The translations under genes were made by a program, and so were the position numbers. A DNA stretch of 64,000 nt, from assembly GCA_035765415.1 (NCBI GenBank), contig DASTXR010000159.1, forward strand, positions 48 to 64,047, read 5' to 3'. This document shows positions 38,299 to 47,792 of the stretch, piece by piece. This stretch comes from Steroidobacteraceae bacterium. GTDB taxonomy: Bacteria > Pseudomonadota > Gammaproteobacteria > Steroidobacterales > Steroidobacteraceae. A model generated the notes under the pieces. That model did not search any database. It was not told the DNA's origin and was given only the letters and a program-made list of their open reading frames with translations. Every line of letters begins with the position of its first letter. Positions within the stretch are counted from its first letter, which is position 1.

Positions 38299-39300
38299 TC
38301 AGAATTGCGACGAGCACCTGCTCGGTTCGAGTACGAGAGTGGATGTCACCGCGGCCTCGATGTGCCTGCGAGTGTCGAGCACCGCCTCCTTCAGCGGCGA
38401 CGCCAGCGCGCCGACATCCACGGCCTGCAGCTGCTCGAGCGCGCGCGCGGGGCAGCCGAGATCGAGCAGCGACTGCGCGAGATTGTTGCGCGCGCCAATG
38501 TTGTTAGGATCGAGGCGCAATGCCGCGGCATAGTCGCGCGCCGCGCCCGCGAAATTGCCGGCGCGATACTCCGCCGTGCCGCGCCCGGTCCACGCCACCG
38601 ATTGCGCCGGCCAGCGCTGCACGGCCGCGTCGAACGCCAGGCGCGCATCGGCCGGGCTCGCGCCGCGTTCGAAATCGGCGGCGGCCTGTAGATAGAGCGT
38701 GGGGTCCGCGCTGGCCGGCGTCTCGCCGGGACGCAAGACGACCATCGCCCAGCGGCCACCGTTGTGCCAGGCCACCATGAATGTCCGGGCGCGCCACTCC
38801 TGTCGCCGCTTCTTGCCGGAACGCAGGATGAAGCTGTCGGTGGCCGCGTCGTAGCCGATCACCACGGCGTAATGCCACCTGGGCCAGAACGACAGGCCGT
38901 AGTTGTGCAGCACGAGCACCGGCCGGCCCGCGGCGAGCTCTTCGAGGATGGATTGCAGGTTGCGCGACAGCTCGTAGGAGAGCCGGCCGAACCTTCGCGG
39001 CGCAGCCTGCATCTCCACCTGCAGGCTGCCCTTGCGCGCCGGCAGATAGACGACCGGCACGAGCGCCTCGGGCGTCGTATCCGCGTTCGAAGCGACGAGC
39101 ACCGTGGCCAGCGCGGCGGGTCCGCACTGGTACTTGTCCTGGGGAAAGAATGGCGTGGCGTCGAGCTCGACGCCCTGCTGCGCGCCGGCCGGCAGATGGG
39201 CGGGAATGAACGGCTCGCGCGTGACGCACGCGGACAGCAAGCCTGTGGATGCGAGAAGGAAGGCGAAGCGCGCAGCCCATCCGGCTGCGCGCTTCTTCAT
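38299..39300 (-). CDS. PA2778-family cysteine peptidase lipoprotein with C-terminal TPR
   Basis: Lipobox LLSAC. FPQDKYQCGPAALATVL catalytic-Cys region. HYAVVIGYD. TPR tail. Confidence 0.7.
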   Translation of the reverse strand: MKKRAAGWAARFAFLLASTGLLSACVTREPFIPAHLPAGAQQGVELDATPFFPQDKYQCGPAALATVLVASNADTTPEALVPVVYLPARKGSLQVEMQAAPRRFGRLSYELSRNLQSILEELAAGRPVLVLHNYGLSFWPRWHYAVVIGYDAATDSFILRSGKKRRQEWRARTFMVAWHNGGRWAMVVLRPGETPASADPTLYLQAAADFERGASPADARLAFDAAVQRWPAQSVAWTGRGTAEYRAGNFAGAARDYAAALRLDPNNIGARNNLAQSLLDLGCPARALEQLQAVDVGALASPLKEAVLDTRRHIEAAVTSTLVLEPSRCSSQF

Positions 39301-39325
39301 CGACGATTCCTCTGGCGGAATGGAC

Positions 39326-39706
39326 TCAGGTCTTCTTGAAGATATCGATGACGCCGGTCAGCTCGAGGATGATCAAAACGATGAACACCGCGCCGACGAT
39401 CCAGACGACGTCGCCGCCCGCGGGCGCGTTCTGCATGTCAACCGCGAGCCGGTGGAGTTCCCGATCGTTGAGGCTGGCGATACGCCGATCGACGGCGGCC
39501 GCATCCATGCCCATTTCTTCCATGTGAGCGCGCACTTCGGCGCGATCGAGCTGGCTGCGCACCACGCTCATGTCCGCCGCGCGATCGGTGGCGATCAGCT
39601 CGGCGGTGTCCACGACAGCCGCGGAGGCGGCGCCTGCCATTCCCATGTTCAGGATGGCGACGGAGAGGATGCCGACGGCGAATTTCCGCCACGGTGAATG
39701 ATTCAT
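39326..39706 (-). CDS. PA2779-family small secreted/membrane protein
   Basis: Signal peptide, VRSQLDRAEVRAHMEEMGMDAAAVDRRIASLNDRELHRLA repeat-like helices, C-terminal TM. Sits directly upstream of the PA2778-like gene. Confidence 0.65.
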   Translation of the reverse strand: MNHSPWRKFAVGILSVAILNMGMAGAASAAVVDTAELIATDRAADMSVVRSQLDRAEVRAHMEEMGMDAAAVDRRIASLNDRELHRLAVDMQNAPAGGDVVWIVGAVFIVLIILELTGVIDIFKKT

Positions 39707-39902
39707 GTAAAGAGACCTCCGAAAGTTGAGCAAGCGGGCGGAACATTAGCAAAAGCAGCGGACAGAAATGTAGGACGGCAGGAGAGCGTGACGGAAGTAA
39801 CGTAATCGCCTCCTGTCGCTGGCGTTTGCCGACAGTATTAGGTGGGCGGGCACGATTAGGGCCATAGTCGCGCAAGCTGCAGGTTTCGCCGGGAGGCATG
39901 TC

Positions 39903-42269
39903 GTGTTGCAGCAGTGGGGATCGTTCCGCACGGTTCGCGGACGGTTGCTGTTCTGGACGCTGGCCGTCACCGTGCCCATCTACGCCGGTGCGCTGTACAT
40001 GTCGTACCAGGAGTCGGCGCGAGGCCTCGAGGCCGGCGCGGAGCGCGATGTGGACGAACTCGCGGCGCGGCTGGCCGCCGGCCTCGATGCCGTCATTCGC
40101 CCCATCGAAGGCGGCGTTCGCACGGTGGCCGGACAACTCGAGGAAATCGATCCGCCGCGCGAGCAATACGAAGCCCGCATTCGGGGCATCCTGGCGTCGT
40201 GGCCGGAAGTGTACGGCTCCACCATCGCCACCGAGGTCGACGAAGCAAACAAGGCGAGGCCGTTCGCCCCCTATCTGTTCTGGCGCGACGGCGTCATCGC
40301 GCGGTCCGACCTGGCAACGGACGACTACGGCTACCGCAAACTACCCTGGTACCGGCGCGCCGCCGACGGCCGGCAGCCGGTGTGGTCGCTGCCCTATTTC
40401 GATACCGGCGGCGGCGAAGCGTGGATGGTCACCTACTCCGTGCCCTTCTTCCGGAAACTCGGTGAACGCCGCGTGTTAGGCGGAGTCGTCACCGCCGATC
40501 TCGACCTCAACTGGATGACGGGTGTCGCGGCAAAGGTCTCGCCCGGACCCATCGGCATGGGCTGGCTGGTCTCTCCGGCGGGCACGCACGCTTTCGTCAG
40601 CGCGATCGGCCCCACGCAGAGCCGGCTGCGCGAATTCGATGCATCGCTTCAACCGGATCGCCTGCGCGGCATCGCCGAAGACATGCTCGCCACTCACAAG
40701 ACGTTCATGCGCCTGCCGGAGGGAACGACGGCTCACGCCGCCTATCTCGCCGTACGAAACCTGGACACATTGAATTGGCGATTGATGCTCGTGATCCCGC
40801 GCGCTCAATTGCTTGCCGAAGCGCGCAACCTGCTGAACCGGCAACTTCTGCTGGGCATTGCCGGGCTCGTGCTGCTCATCGTGGCAATTTCCGTGGTCGC
40901 CGCGGGCATCTCGCGTCCGCTGCACGCACTTGCCGAGGCCGTCGGGAAATCCTCCGAAGAGGATCCGGATTTCCAGCTGCACGAAGTTCCGCGACGCGAC
41001 GAGATCGGCGTGCTCGCGCAGGCACTGCGGCGCATGCGCGACTCGCTTCGCAAACACATCGAACTACGTGTTCAGACCATGGCGGACCAGGCACGCGCCG
41101 AACACGAGCTGCAGATCGCCGCGAGCATTCAGCAGTCGATGCTGCCGCGAACCGACTCGCGCGTGCTGGCCGCCACCGTTGCCGCTGCGCTGGTGCCTGC
41201 AAGGCAGGTGGGAGGCGATCTCTATGATTACTACAACGCTCCCGATGGCAACCTGCTGTTCGCCATCGGCGATGTCTCCGACAAGGGCGTCCCCGCGGCA
41301 TTACTCATGGCCAGGTTGTCGACGCTGCTGCGTACGCTCGGCGCGTCCGGCGATGCTCCCGATCGCCTGCTCTTCGGCATCAACGCTCGCCTGGCCGAAG
41401 GCAACGAGGCGTGCATGTTCGTGACACTGGGCTGCGGACAGCTCAATGCGCGAACCGGACAGGTCCGTTACGCAAGCGCGGGGCACGAGCCGCCGCTGCT
41501 GCGGCAACACGACGGAACAGTTAGAGTGCTGGCGACCGAGAACGGACCGGCCCTGGGCATCGACACGGGCGTGGACTACCGGCTGACCGAGGGATTCATG
41601 GCACCCGGCGATACCCTGGTTCTGTACACCGATGGCGTCACCGAAGCGGCCGCAGCCGACGGCTCGCTGTTCGGCATCGATCGCCTGACCGCGCTCCTCG
41701 GTGCAAGCGCGAGTGGCGAACCCGCGTCGCTCGTCCAGCAAATCCTGGACACCGTCAACGCCAGCGGAAGCAGCTTTCACACGGCGGACGACCTGACCGT
41801 TCTGGCGATCAGCCTGAATCCGCCCGACGTGACCGTTCATCGCGAATCCGAGGCCACGAGATGGCGCATCGTGCCGGAGCGCTCGTTCGCCGGCGTACGC
41901 CAGGTTCAGCAGTGGCTGCGCGCCATCCTCGCGTCCCGCGAATTCGCGGCCGATGTCATTGGCGATGTCGAGCTGATCGCCGAAGAACTGTTGACCAACA
42001 TCCTGCGAGCCAACGAAGGCCGGGAAGTGAAAGTGGCTGTCGACTGCGGAATCGTTCGCGGGAACATCCTGTTGACCGCCATCGATGATGGCCTGCCCTT
42101 CAATCCGCTTGCGCGCGAATCACCGCGGCTCGACGCCGATATCGCGGACCGCGAGACCGGCGGACTGGGCATCGAGATCGTTCGCCAGCTCGCCGACCGT
42201 TGCCACTACGCGCACATCGATGGCCGCAACCACCTGGACGTCTTCTTTCAGCGAAGCTCCCCGCAATAA
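39903..42269 (+). CDS. Sensor PP2C (SpoIIE-type) phosphatase: TM/Cache-like sensor - HAMP - PP2C - C-terminal RsbW-like HATPase domain
   Basis: GTG start. PP2C motifs (GGDLYDY, FAIGDVSDKGVPAALLMA, LVLYTDGVTEA). C-terminal ELIAEELLTNILRAN ... ETGGLGIEIV kinase-like fold. Confidence 0.8.
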   Translation: MLQQWGSFRTVRGRLLFWTLAVTVPIYAGALYMSYQESARGLEAGAERDVDELAARLAAGLDAVIRPIEGGVRTVAGQLEEIDPPREQYEARIRGILASWPEVYGSTIATEVDEANKARPFAPYLFWRDGVIARSDLATDDYGYRKLPWYRRAADGRQPVWSLPYFDTGGGEAWMVTYSVPFFRKLGERRVLGGVVTADLDLNWMTGVAAKVSPGPIGMGWLVSPAGTHAFVSAIGPTQSRLREFDASLQPDRLRGIAEDMLATHKTFMRLPEGTTAHAAYLAVRNLDTLNWRLMLVIPRAQLLAEARNLLNRQLLLGIAGLVLLIVAISVVAAGISRPLHALAEAVGKSSEEDPDFQLHEVPRRDEIGVLAQALRRMRDSLRKHIELRVQTMADQARAEHELQIAASIQQSMLPRTDSRVLAATVAAALVPARQVGGDLYDYYNAPDGNLLFAIGDVSDKGVPAALLMARLSTLLRTLGASGDAPDRLLFGINARLAEGNEACMFVTLGCGQLNARTGQVRYASAGHEPPLLRQHDGTVRVLATENGPALGIDTGVDYRLTEGFMAPGDTLVLYTDGVTEAAAADGSLFGIDRLTALLGASASGEPASLVQQILDTVNASGSSFHTADDLTVLAISLNPPDVTVHRESEATRWRIVPERSFAGVRQVQQWLRAILASREFAADVIGDVELIAEELLTNILRANEGREVKVAVDCGIVRGNILLTAIDDGLPFNPLARESPRLDADIADRETGGLGIEIVRQLADRCHYAHIDGRNHLDVFFQRSSPQ

Positions 42270-42281
42270 CGAGGTGCCGAT

Positions 42282-42650
42282 ATGTCTCTCAAGATCGAGT
42301 CCGACGCATCGAACACGCCGACCATCAAACTCGGCGGACGCCTCGACAGCGAAACCGCTCCCAGCCTCGATCGCGCGCTCGATCCGCTGCTCGCGAATAC
42401 GTCGCTGCAGCGCATGGTCTTCGATCTCGGTGACCTCGAGTACCTGAGCAGCGCCGGCATCCGGTGCTTCATCCGCGCACGCAAGGCCATCGAACCTCGT
42501 GGCGGCAAGGTGGCCGTCATCAACCCGCAACCCGCGGTGCGCAAGGTGCTGGAGATCGTGAAAGCGATTCCTGGCGGCGTCTTCCGGAATGTCACGGAGC
42601 TCGACGCGTATCTCGACGAAATGCAGCGGAAGGTGCGGGAGCAGGAATAA
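42282..42650 (+). CDS. STAS-domain anti-sigma-factor antagonist
   Basis: 122 aa. DLGDLEYLSSAGIRCF carries the phosphorylatable Ser context. Confidence 0.8.
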   Translation: MSLKIESDASNTPTIKLGGRLDSETAPSLDRALDPLLANTSLQRMVFDLGDLEYLSSAGIRCFIRARKAIEPRGGKVAVINPQPAVRKVLEIVKAIPGGVFRNVTELDAYLDEMQRKVREQE

Positions 42651-42656
42651 GCCGCG

Positions 42657-45600
42657 CTAAGACGCGGCGCGCAGGCGACTCTGTTCTGCTTCGCTGCGCC
42701 AGCGAAGCGCGTCGTCGACGAGATTCACGATCTCGGGCCGCGCCGCCAGAGTTGCGCCTTGACCATAGATGAGTTGCAACAAACGTTCCCCGGCGCGCAC
42801 CGCCATCGATGCCTCACCGAGCACATGGTAAGCACAGCCGATGGTATGAACGATGTTGTCGTCGCGAACCTTGTTGATGCCTTCCGGGTGCAGGCACTGC
42901 GTCAGGAAAATCAGGTCGTGACTTCGAAAGGACTCGTGCAACTGGGTGTAGTCGTTTCGAACTTCCAGGAAAAGCGTGGCCGCGTAGACGACGTTGTTGA
43001 TGCGCCGCTCCGCCTCCAGCTTCAGGAAAACTTCCGATTCCGGATCAGTCGGAGGCAGGCTCCTGCCAAAAGGAAGGTTGTCGTACACGATGCGAAACGC
43101 CTGGCGCACGACATCCAGGTATTCAAGCACTTTCGCGTCGCTGGGCGCCGCAGTGCCAAATTCTTTCCTGAGTTTCCTGGCCTTGTCGAACAAGGGCGAT
43201 GCGCGCCGACGACACATCGTGCTTCGCACCCAATGGCCCGGAAGGTCATTCAACATTCCGTCCGAATCGAGGAGATCGGTTGCGGCCTGAAGCTCACTTT
43301 GTGCAAGTTCACCGGCGAGCTGATCGCCCCTTTCCGCCAGCTCTGAATAGACGACGTGTAATCTGAAATGCGTGGTCGCGGCTTTCGGATAGTCCCTGGT
43401 CAGCGATTCATATTGAGTGACGAGAGAACGCAACCGTTGCTCCGTATCTCTTGGATCCGCCGCGACCAATGCCTCCAGCAGGCGTGCGTAGCAACCCTCC
43501 ATGCGCAGCATGAAATCGGCAGGCGACGGCACCTCATGTTGGCCCTGGCGCAGCTTGTCCAGGGCCCGGTCGAAAAACCTGGCTGCGCGCCGAAATGCGC
43601 GCCGATGCGCGGGATCGACGCCCAACTGCGTAGGCCCTGCCACGGAAGACAGGATGTCGAGACCGCTCACTGCATCCGCGAGCGCGTGCGGGATCTTCAG
43701 TTCTTTCGCAATGATTTCCTTGCTTCGAATGCTGGGCCAGATCGGCGCGTATACGACTTCCCAATGCAGATAAAGATTTTGCTGGCCAACGAGTTTTTCG
43801 AGCTCACCGGCGATGAGGCGGCCGATCTGATCGTGGGAACCCTTCAATTGCAGGTGCAACTCCCGCGCAAAATGGCGCGCCGGTTCCGGAACCATGTCGG
43901 TGATGACGCGACGCGCCTCCAGGCTGAACGCACCCGAAGTCGGGTGCGCGTATGCGTCGCCGGCGTCCGATTCGTGTTCGAGAATGTAGCCGATGATTTC
44001 CATCGACATGACGCGCCGGGGGATTTCGTCCGGCCCCATCTTCTCGCGAAGGCGCACCAGCACCTCGCACAGACTCTTGTGCCAGCCGCGAATCAGCGTC
44101 GGCAGTTCCGGGGTCCGCCAGCCCAATCGACATCGCACTGCGGCGAGCCCGTACGCCAGCATCTGCGAAAGAGAACGTGCCGCGTTGAAGGTATCGCCTT
44201 TGTCGATACAGATCTTGTTGGCTGACTTCAGCAGATCGATTCCCTGATCGAGAAGGGCGTCATGACCCATCTCTTCCGGCGCGACATTCAGGATGAACTC
44301 GAGAATCTGCGCAGCCTTCTCCATGGGCACGCGCGGGTCGGCGGTGTCACTTCGCACGACCAGGTGCGAGTTCACCGACGTGAACCGCGTCCGCGCAGCG
44401 CGCACCTTGTCGGATTCGCCGTCGATACCGCCCAGCCGCCTCACCTGCGCGAGAAGCAGGTTCGCTTCCTGTATCGTCGAAGCGTCGTCCCTGGATGAAG
44501 CGAGCAAGGCCACATCCGCCGCACTGCGTGCGTAGATCCGCGCGAGATCCCACCGGGTCCGGCACGCATGCAACAGCGCCCAGGCCAGATAGCGTTCGGC
44601 GGTTTTGCCCTTGAGATTCCCGAGCAGTTCTTCCAGGTTGTCGCAGGTGCCGACTGATTCGCGGACTTTCGTGGAGGCGAAATTGACCGGACCTGGCGCT
44701 CCGGCGATCAGGGGACGGACGGTGGCCATCGGCAGCGTTGGGTGCCGTTCGATGAGTGCGTCAATATGCGCATCGAACTGCTCGCGTCCGTGCGCCTGGC
44801 CAAGCGAATAGGTCTTGTATCCAAACGTCTGCACGCACCCAGCGACCTCATCACGAATGACTTTCTCGAACGCTTCGTCATTCGCAAACCATTGCAGGAG
44901 CTGTTCGACGTCAACGCTCTGCGTTGCCTCGAGGTCCCGTGGCATCGTCCCGGCCTCTGCGCGCAGGTCGAGCGCAAAACTCGCTCGCTCGAAATCGTGC
45001 AGGGCGTTGACGAAGATTTTCCGGGCCTCTTCGACTTCGGCGCCGCGATCGTCGGTCTCCCGAGGTCCGGCGCGCAGTTGCCGGTCGAACGTGTCGAGCG
45101 CAACCGCAAGCGTCGCCATGATCTCTTCTGACACGCGTGGTACGGAGGCGGGAAGCAACAACATCCGCGGATGTCTCAGAAAATCCACGTCGTCGAGGCC
45201 TTTTGCCTTGAGCGCATCGGAGTTGCGGGTGGTTCGGATGAGCGACATCACGCGGGTCACGAGCACGACGCGCACGTGATCTTTCTTCAGGCGCCGCAGC
45301 CCCTTCGAGAGGACATCCATGCAGGCCATTGCCTCGGCATCGATGCGATTCGAATTCGTCGAACGATCTCTGCGCTCGTCGCTGGCCTCTATGAAGTCGT
45401 ACCACCGGCCGATGTGCTCTTCCGTGGGACGCAACGCGCGCAGGGTCTGCGCCTCTTCGCGGGTAAACGAGAGTTTTTCCCACGCGTACTCGCTCAACCC
45501 GGAAAGATCGCTGCGCTCCAGCAGATCCTTGATCCTGGATCGGGGCGTCGATGGCGCCTTGCGCAGCATGACGATGAGCGCCGGCGCATAACCTTCGAGT

Positions 45601-46106
45601 AGTTGGAGAGTCTTCTGGCGGGACTCGGGAGACGCCTGTTTCCCGAGCTTTCGCTCCTGAATAAGCTGCAATGCCAGCGGATTGCGACGCAGCTTCTGGT
45701 ACTGCTTCTTCGCCTCCACCAGAAGCGAGAGTTTTTGCTCCTGGTAGTGAGCTGCGTGGTAGGTGATCTGGTCCTGGAGTTCATCGGCGTGCGATGGAAG
45801 CAGGCCCACCTGCTTGTCTCCGTCGAACAGCAATCGATGCAGGATCTGATCACTCTTGAGTTTGAAGTCAGCCTCCGAGGGCACGCCGCGATCGGCGCGC
45901 TCCGCCTCGAACAGGAAGCCGCTCAAACTATCGGGTTTGTCCGGCGCGATGAAGGAGTCGAGGTCATGCGCGTCGACGAAGTAGACCAGCTGCGAGTTGG
46001 GATGAGCCGACTTGAAATGCCAGTCGTCGCGGAACTGCCGCAAGAGATGACTGAGGATCGCCGCTTCTCTGCGCAATTTCGCGGGTTCGGGGCGGGCAAT
46101 AGACAT
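42657..46106 (-). CDS. 1149-aa all-helical hypothetical protein with possible PIN-like N-terminal ~330 aa and long TPR-like/helical-repeat C-terminus
   Basis: Long clean ORF, last gene of a tight operon. Acidic motifs are spaced as in PIN-like folds: LVYFVDAHDL, LLPSHADELQDQI, NRIDAEAMACMDVL, VRVVLVTRV. Confidence 0.6.
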   Translation of the reverse strand: MSIARPEPAKLRREAAILSHLLRQFRDDWHFKSAHPNSQLVYFVDAHDLDSFIAPDKPDSLSGFLFEAERADRGVPSEADFKLKSDQILHRLLFDGDKQVGLLPSHADELQDQITYHAAHYQEQKLSLLVEAKKQYQKLRRNPLALQLIQERKLGKQASPESRQKTLQLLEGYAPALIVMLRKAPSTPRSRIKDLLERSDLSGLSEYAWEKLSFTREEAQTLRALRPTEEHIGRWYDFIEASDERRDRSTNSNRIDAEAMACMDVLSKGLRRLKKDHVRVVLVTRVMSLIRTTRNSDALKAKGLDDVDFLRHPRMLLLPASVPRVSEEIMATLAVALDTFDRQLRAGPRETDDRGAEVEEARKIFVNALHDFERASFALDLRAEAGTMPRDLEATQSVDVEQLLQWFANDEAFEKVIRDEVAGCVQTFGYKTYSLGQAHGREQFDAHIDALIERHPTLPMATVRPLIAGAPGPVNFASTKVRESVGTCDNLEELLGNLKGKTAERYLAWALLHACRTRWDLARIYARSAADVALLASSRDDASTIQEANLLLAQVRRLGGIDGESDKVRAARTRFTSVNSHLVVRSDTADPRVPMEKAAQILEFILNVAPEEMGHDALLDQGIDLLKSANKICIDKGDTFNAARSLSQMLAYGLAAVRCRLGWRTPELPTLIRGWHKSLCEVLVRLREKMGPDEIPRRVMSMEIIGYILEHESDAGDAYAHPTSGAFSLEARRVITDMVPEPARHFARELHLQLKGSHDQIGRLIAGELEKLVGQQNLYLHWEVVYAPIWPSIRSKEIIAKELKIPHALADAVSGLDILSSVAGPTQLGVDPAHRRAFRRAARFFDRALDKLRQGQHEVPSPADFMLRMEGCYARLLEALVAADPRDTEQRLRSLVTQYESLTRDYPKAATTHFRLHVVYSELAERGDQLAGELAQSELQAATDLLDSDGMLNDLPGHWVRSTMCRRRASPLFDKARKLRKEFGTAAPSDAKVLEYLDVVRQAFRIVYDNLPFGRSLPPTDPESEVFLKLEAERRINNVVYAATLFLEVRNDYTQLHESFRSHDLIFLTQCLHPEGINKVRDDNIVHTIGCAYHVLGEASMAVRAGERLLQLIYGQGATLAARPEIVNLVDDALRWRSEAEQSRLRAAS

Positions 46107-46133
46107 GGGAACCTGGTGATTGTTATGAGTGCT

Positions 46134-47789
46134 TCACGCCGCGATTCGCAGTTCCGCCTGGCGTCGCTGCTGGAGCAGTGCAATGAAGTTGTCCGCCTCG
46201 GAAGAGGCACTCTGTCCGCTCGTCGAGAAGTCGACCTTGAACGCCCGTTGCCCGCGCAGCGTCGCCGAGTCGCGGAGGATCAGCCTCTTCAGTATTTGCC
46301 CGGACTCGCTCCGCGGATCGACAGGCACCTGGGCATGATAGGCATCGGCAAGATCACCGGCCTGGAGCAGCGCGCGACCCGGCGACAACACGAACCCCAG
46401 ATCATCGTTCCCGCGCAAGCGAATGGCGCCGTAGTCGCGATTCGCGAATGACGCAACAAATCGTTCACCAGCAGCCTTGCAAACGAGGTTGGGCAATATC
46501 GCCGCCAGTGTTTGCATGCGATCCGTGGTGAACGCCGCCGCGAGATTGCGCATGAGAGAACGCTCCTCGATCGATTCGTCGGCGACGACATCTGAACCGG
46601 AGCCATACAGAGAGCTGGCAACCTCTTCCATCAACTGACGCCCCGACACCATGTCTCCACGAACTGTCGCGGGCAGCAGCGCCGTGAGGTCCCGTTCGCG
46701 TGTTTCCGATCTGTTCAACAGGACATAAGAAACGAGCGCCGCGCGCTCAGCATCGTCGGTGGAACTGGGTCGCGCGAATCTCGCAATGGAGCGCAACACG
46801 ATCTTCCGTGCGTCACCTGCGATTTGCGCATTGAAGCCGGGACGTGTGACTGCCGTAAGCAACGGCTCGAGCGATTCACTGGACCCGCATACGGCGGCAC
46901 AGGCGACCAAAGAGGTGAACCGCGAGGCCTGCTGCAGGACATCGCGCTCGGCAAGACATTCAGCGATACGGCGCCTGACCTGGCGCGTGCGTTCGCCGTC
47001 GACTGGGCGAGCTGCCAGCGCAGCCGCAGGCAGCAGAATCTGTTCAGGGCCGGAGACCGAAAAGCCGTTGCCATTCAAGAGATGGCCTAACAAGGTCTCC
47101 GCGGGTTCGAGCTCGTTGGATTCATTGGCCTTGGCGGCAATGCTCTGGAGACTCTCGGTCCAATCGCGCTGCCAGTCCTCCACAGCCCGTGGCGAGATCC
47201 ATCCGCGCGAAGGAATTTCCACCTTCGGCGCCAGAACGTTATCCATTTTCGCCTGCAGCGCGGAGAGCTGACGGCGGAAGGTGTCGTGTTCGGGCGATTC
47301 CTCCGCCAGCGCGAGCGCGGTGCGCGCTGCACGCATGAGCCTGGGAATCGTGCGCGTCAGCGCATCGGTTTCGTCGGGCTCGTTCGTGGAAGACAGCTTC
47401 GTGAGTGCGCTTTGCGCAGACGCAAGCGCGACGTTGAAATGCTTCTCGACGTTGGGCCCGGCCAGGCGAGGTTCGTCGGCCAACTTGTCCTTCGAGACGA
47501 GACGGAAATCGGCCTCCACCGCCTCCCGGAGCTCATCGCGAAAACGAAACCGGTTGGGCTGCCCTCCACGCCGACCGGTAGCCACGGATTCGAGATGGTC
47601 GAAATATTTCGACTGACGGTCGATCACACCCTGGACGGTGCCAAGCTTGACGCCGGAGAACGCCGCCAGCTCTGCGACGGTGAATTCACGCAATGCCAGC
47701 GCGGCGCTGAGGACACGGGCTTTGGCGGGAAGGAGAGAACGTTTGCTCATGGCTGATCCACGAGCCGAACGTATGCCTTTGTGATTCAT
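46134..47789 (-). CDS. 551-aa hypothetical protein with N-terminal winged-HTH
   Basis: LALREFTVAELAAFSGVKLGTVQGVIDR reads as an HTH; the rest is unassignable. The ATG lies 3 nt after the upstream stop (an alternative ATG is at 47750). Confidence 0.6.
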   Translation of the reverse strand: MNHKGIRSARGSAMSKRSLLPAKARVLSAALALREFTVAELAAFSGVKLGTVQGVIDRQSKYFDHLESVATGRRGGQPNRFRFRDELREAVEADFRLVSKDKLADEPRLAGPNVEKHFNVALASAQSALTKLSSTNEPDETDALTRTIPRLMRAARTALALAEESPEHDTFRRQLSALQAKMDNVLAPKVEIPSRGWISPRAVEDWQRDWTESLQSIAAKANESNELEPAETLLGHLLNGNGFSVSGPEQILLPAAALAARPVDGERTRQVRRRIAECLAERDVLQQASRFTSLVACAAVCGSSESLEPLLTAVTRPGFNAQIAGDARKIVLRSIARFARPSSTDDAERAALVSYVLLNRSETRERDLTALLPATVRGDMVSGRQLMEEVASSLYGSGSDVVADESIEERSLMRNLAAAFTTDRMQTLAAILPNLVCKAAGERFVASFANRDYGAIRLRGNDDLGFVLSPGRALLQAGDLADAYHAQVPVDPRSESGQILKRLILRDSATLRGQRAFKVDFSTSGQSASSEADNFIALLQQRRQAELRIAA

Positions 47790-47792
47790 TTG

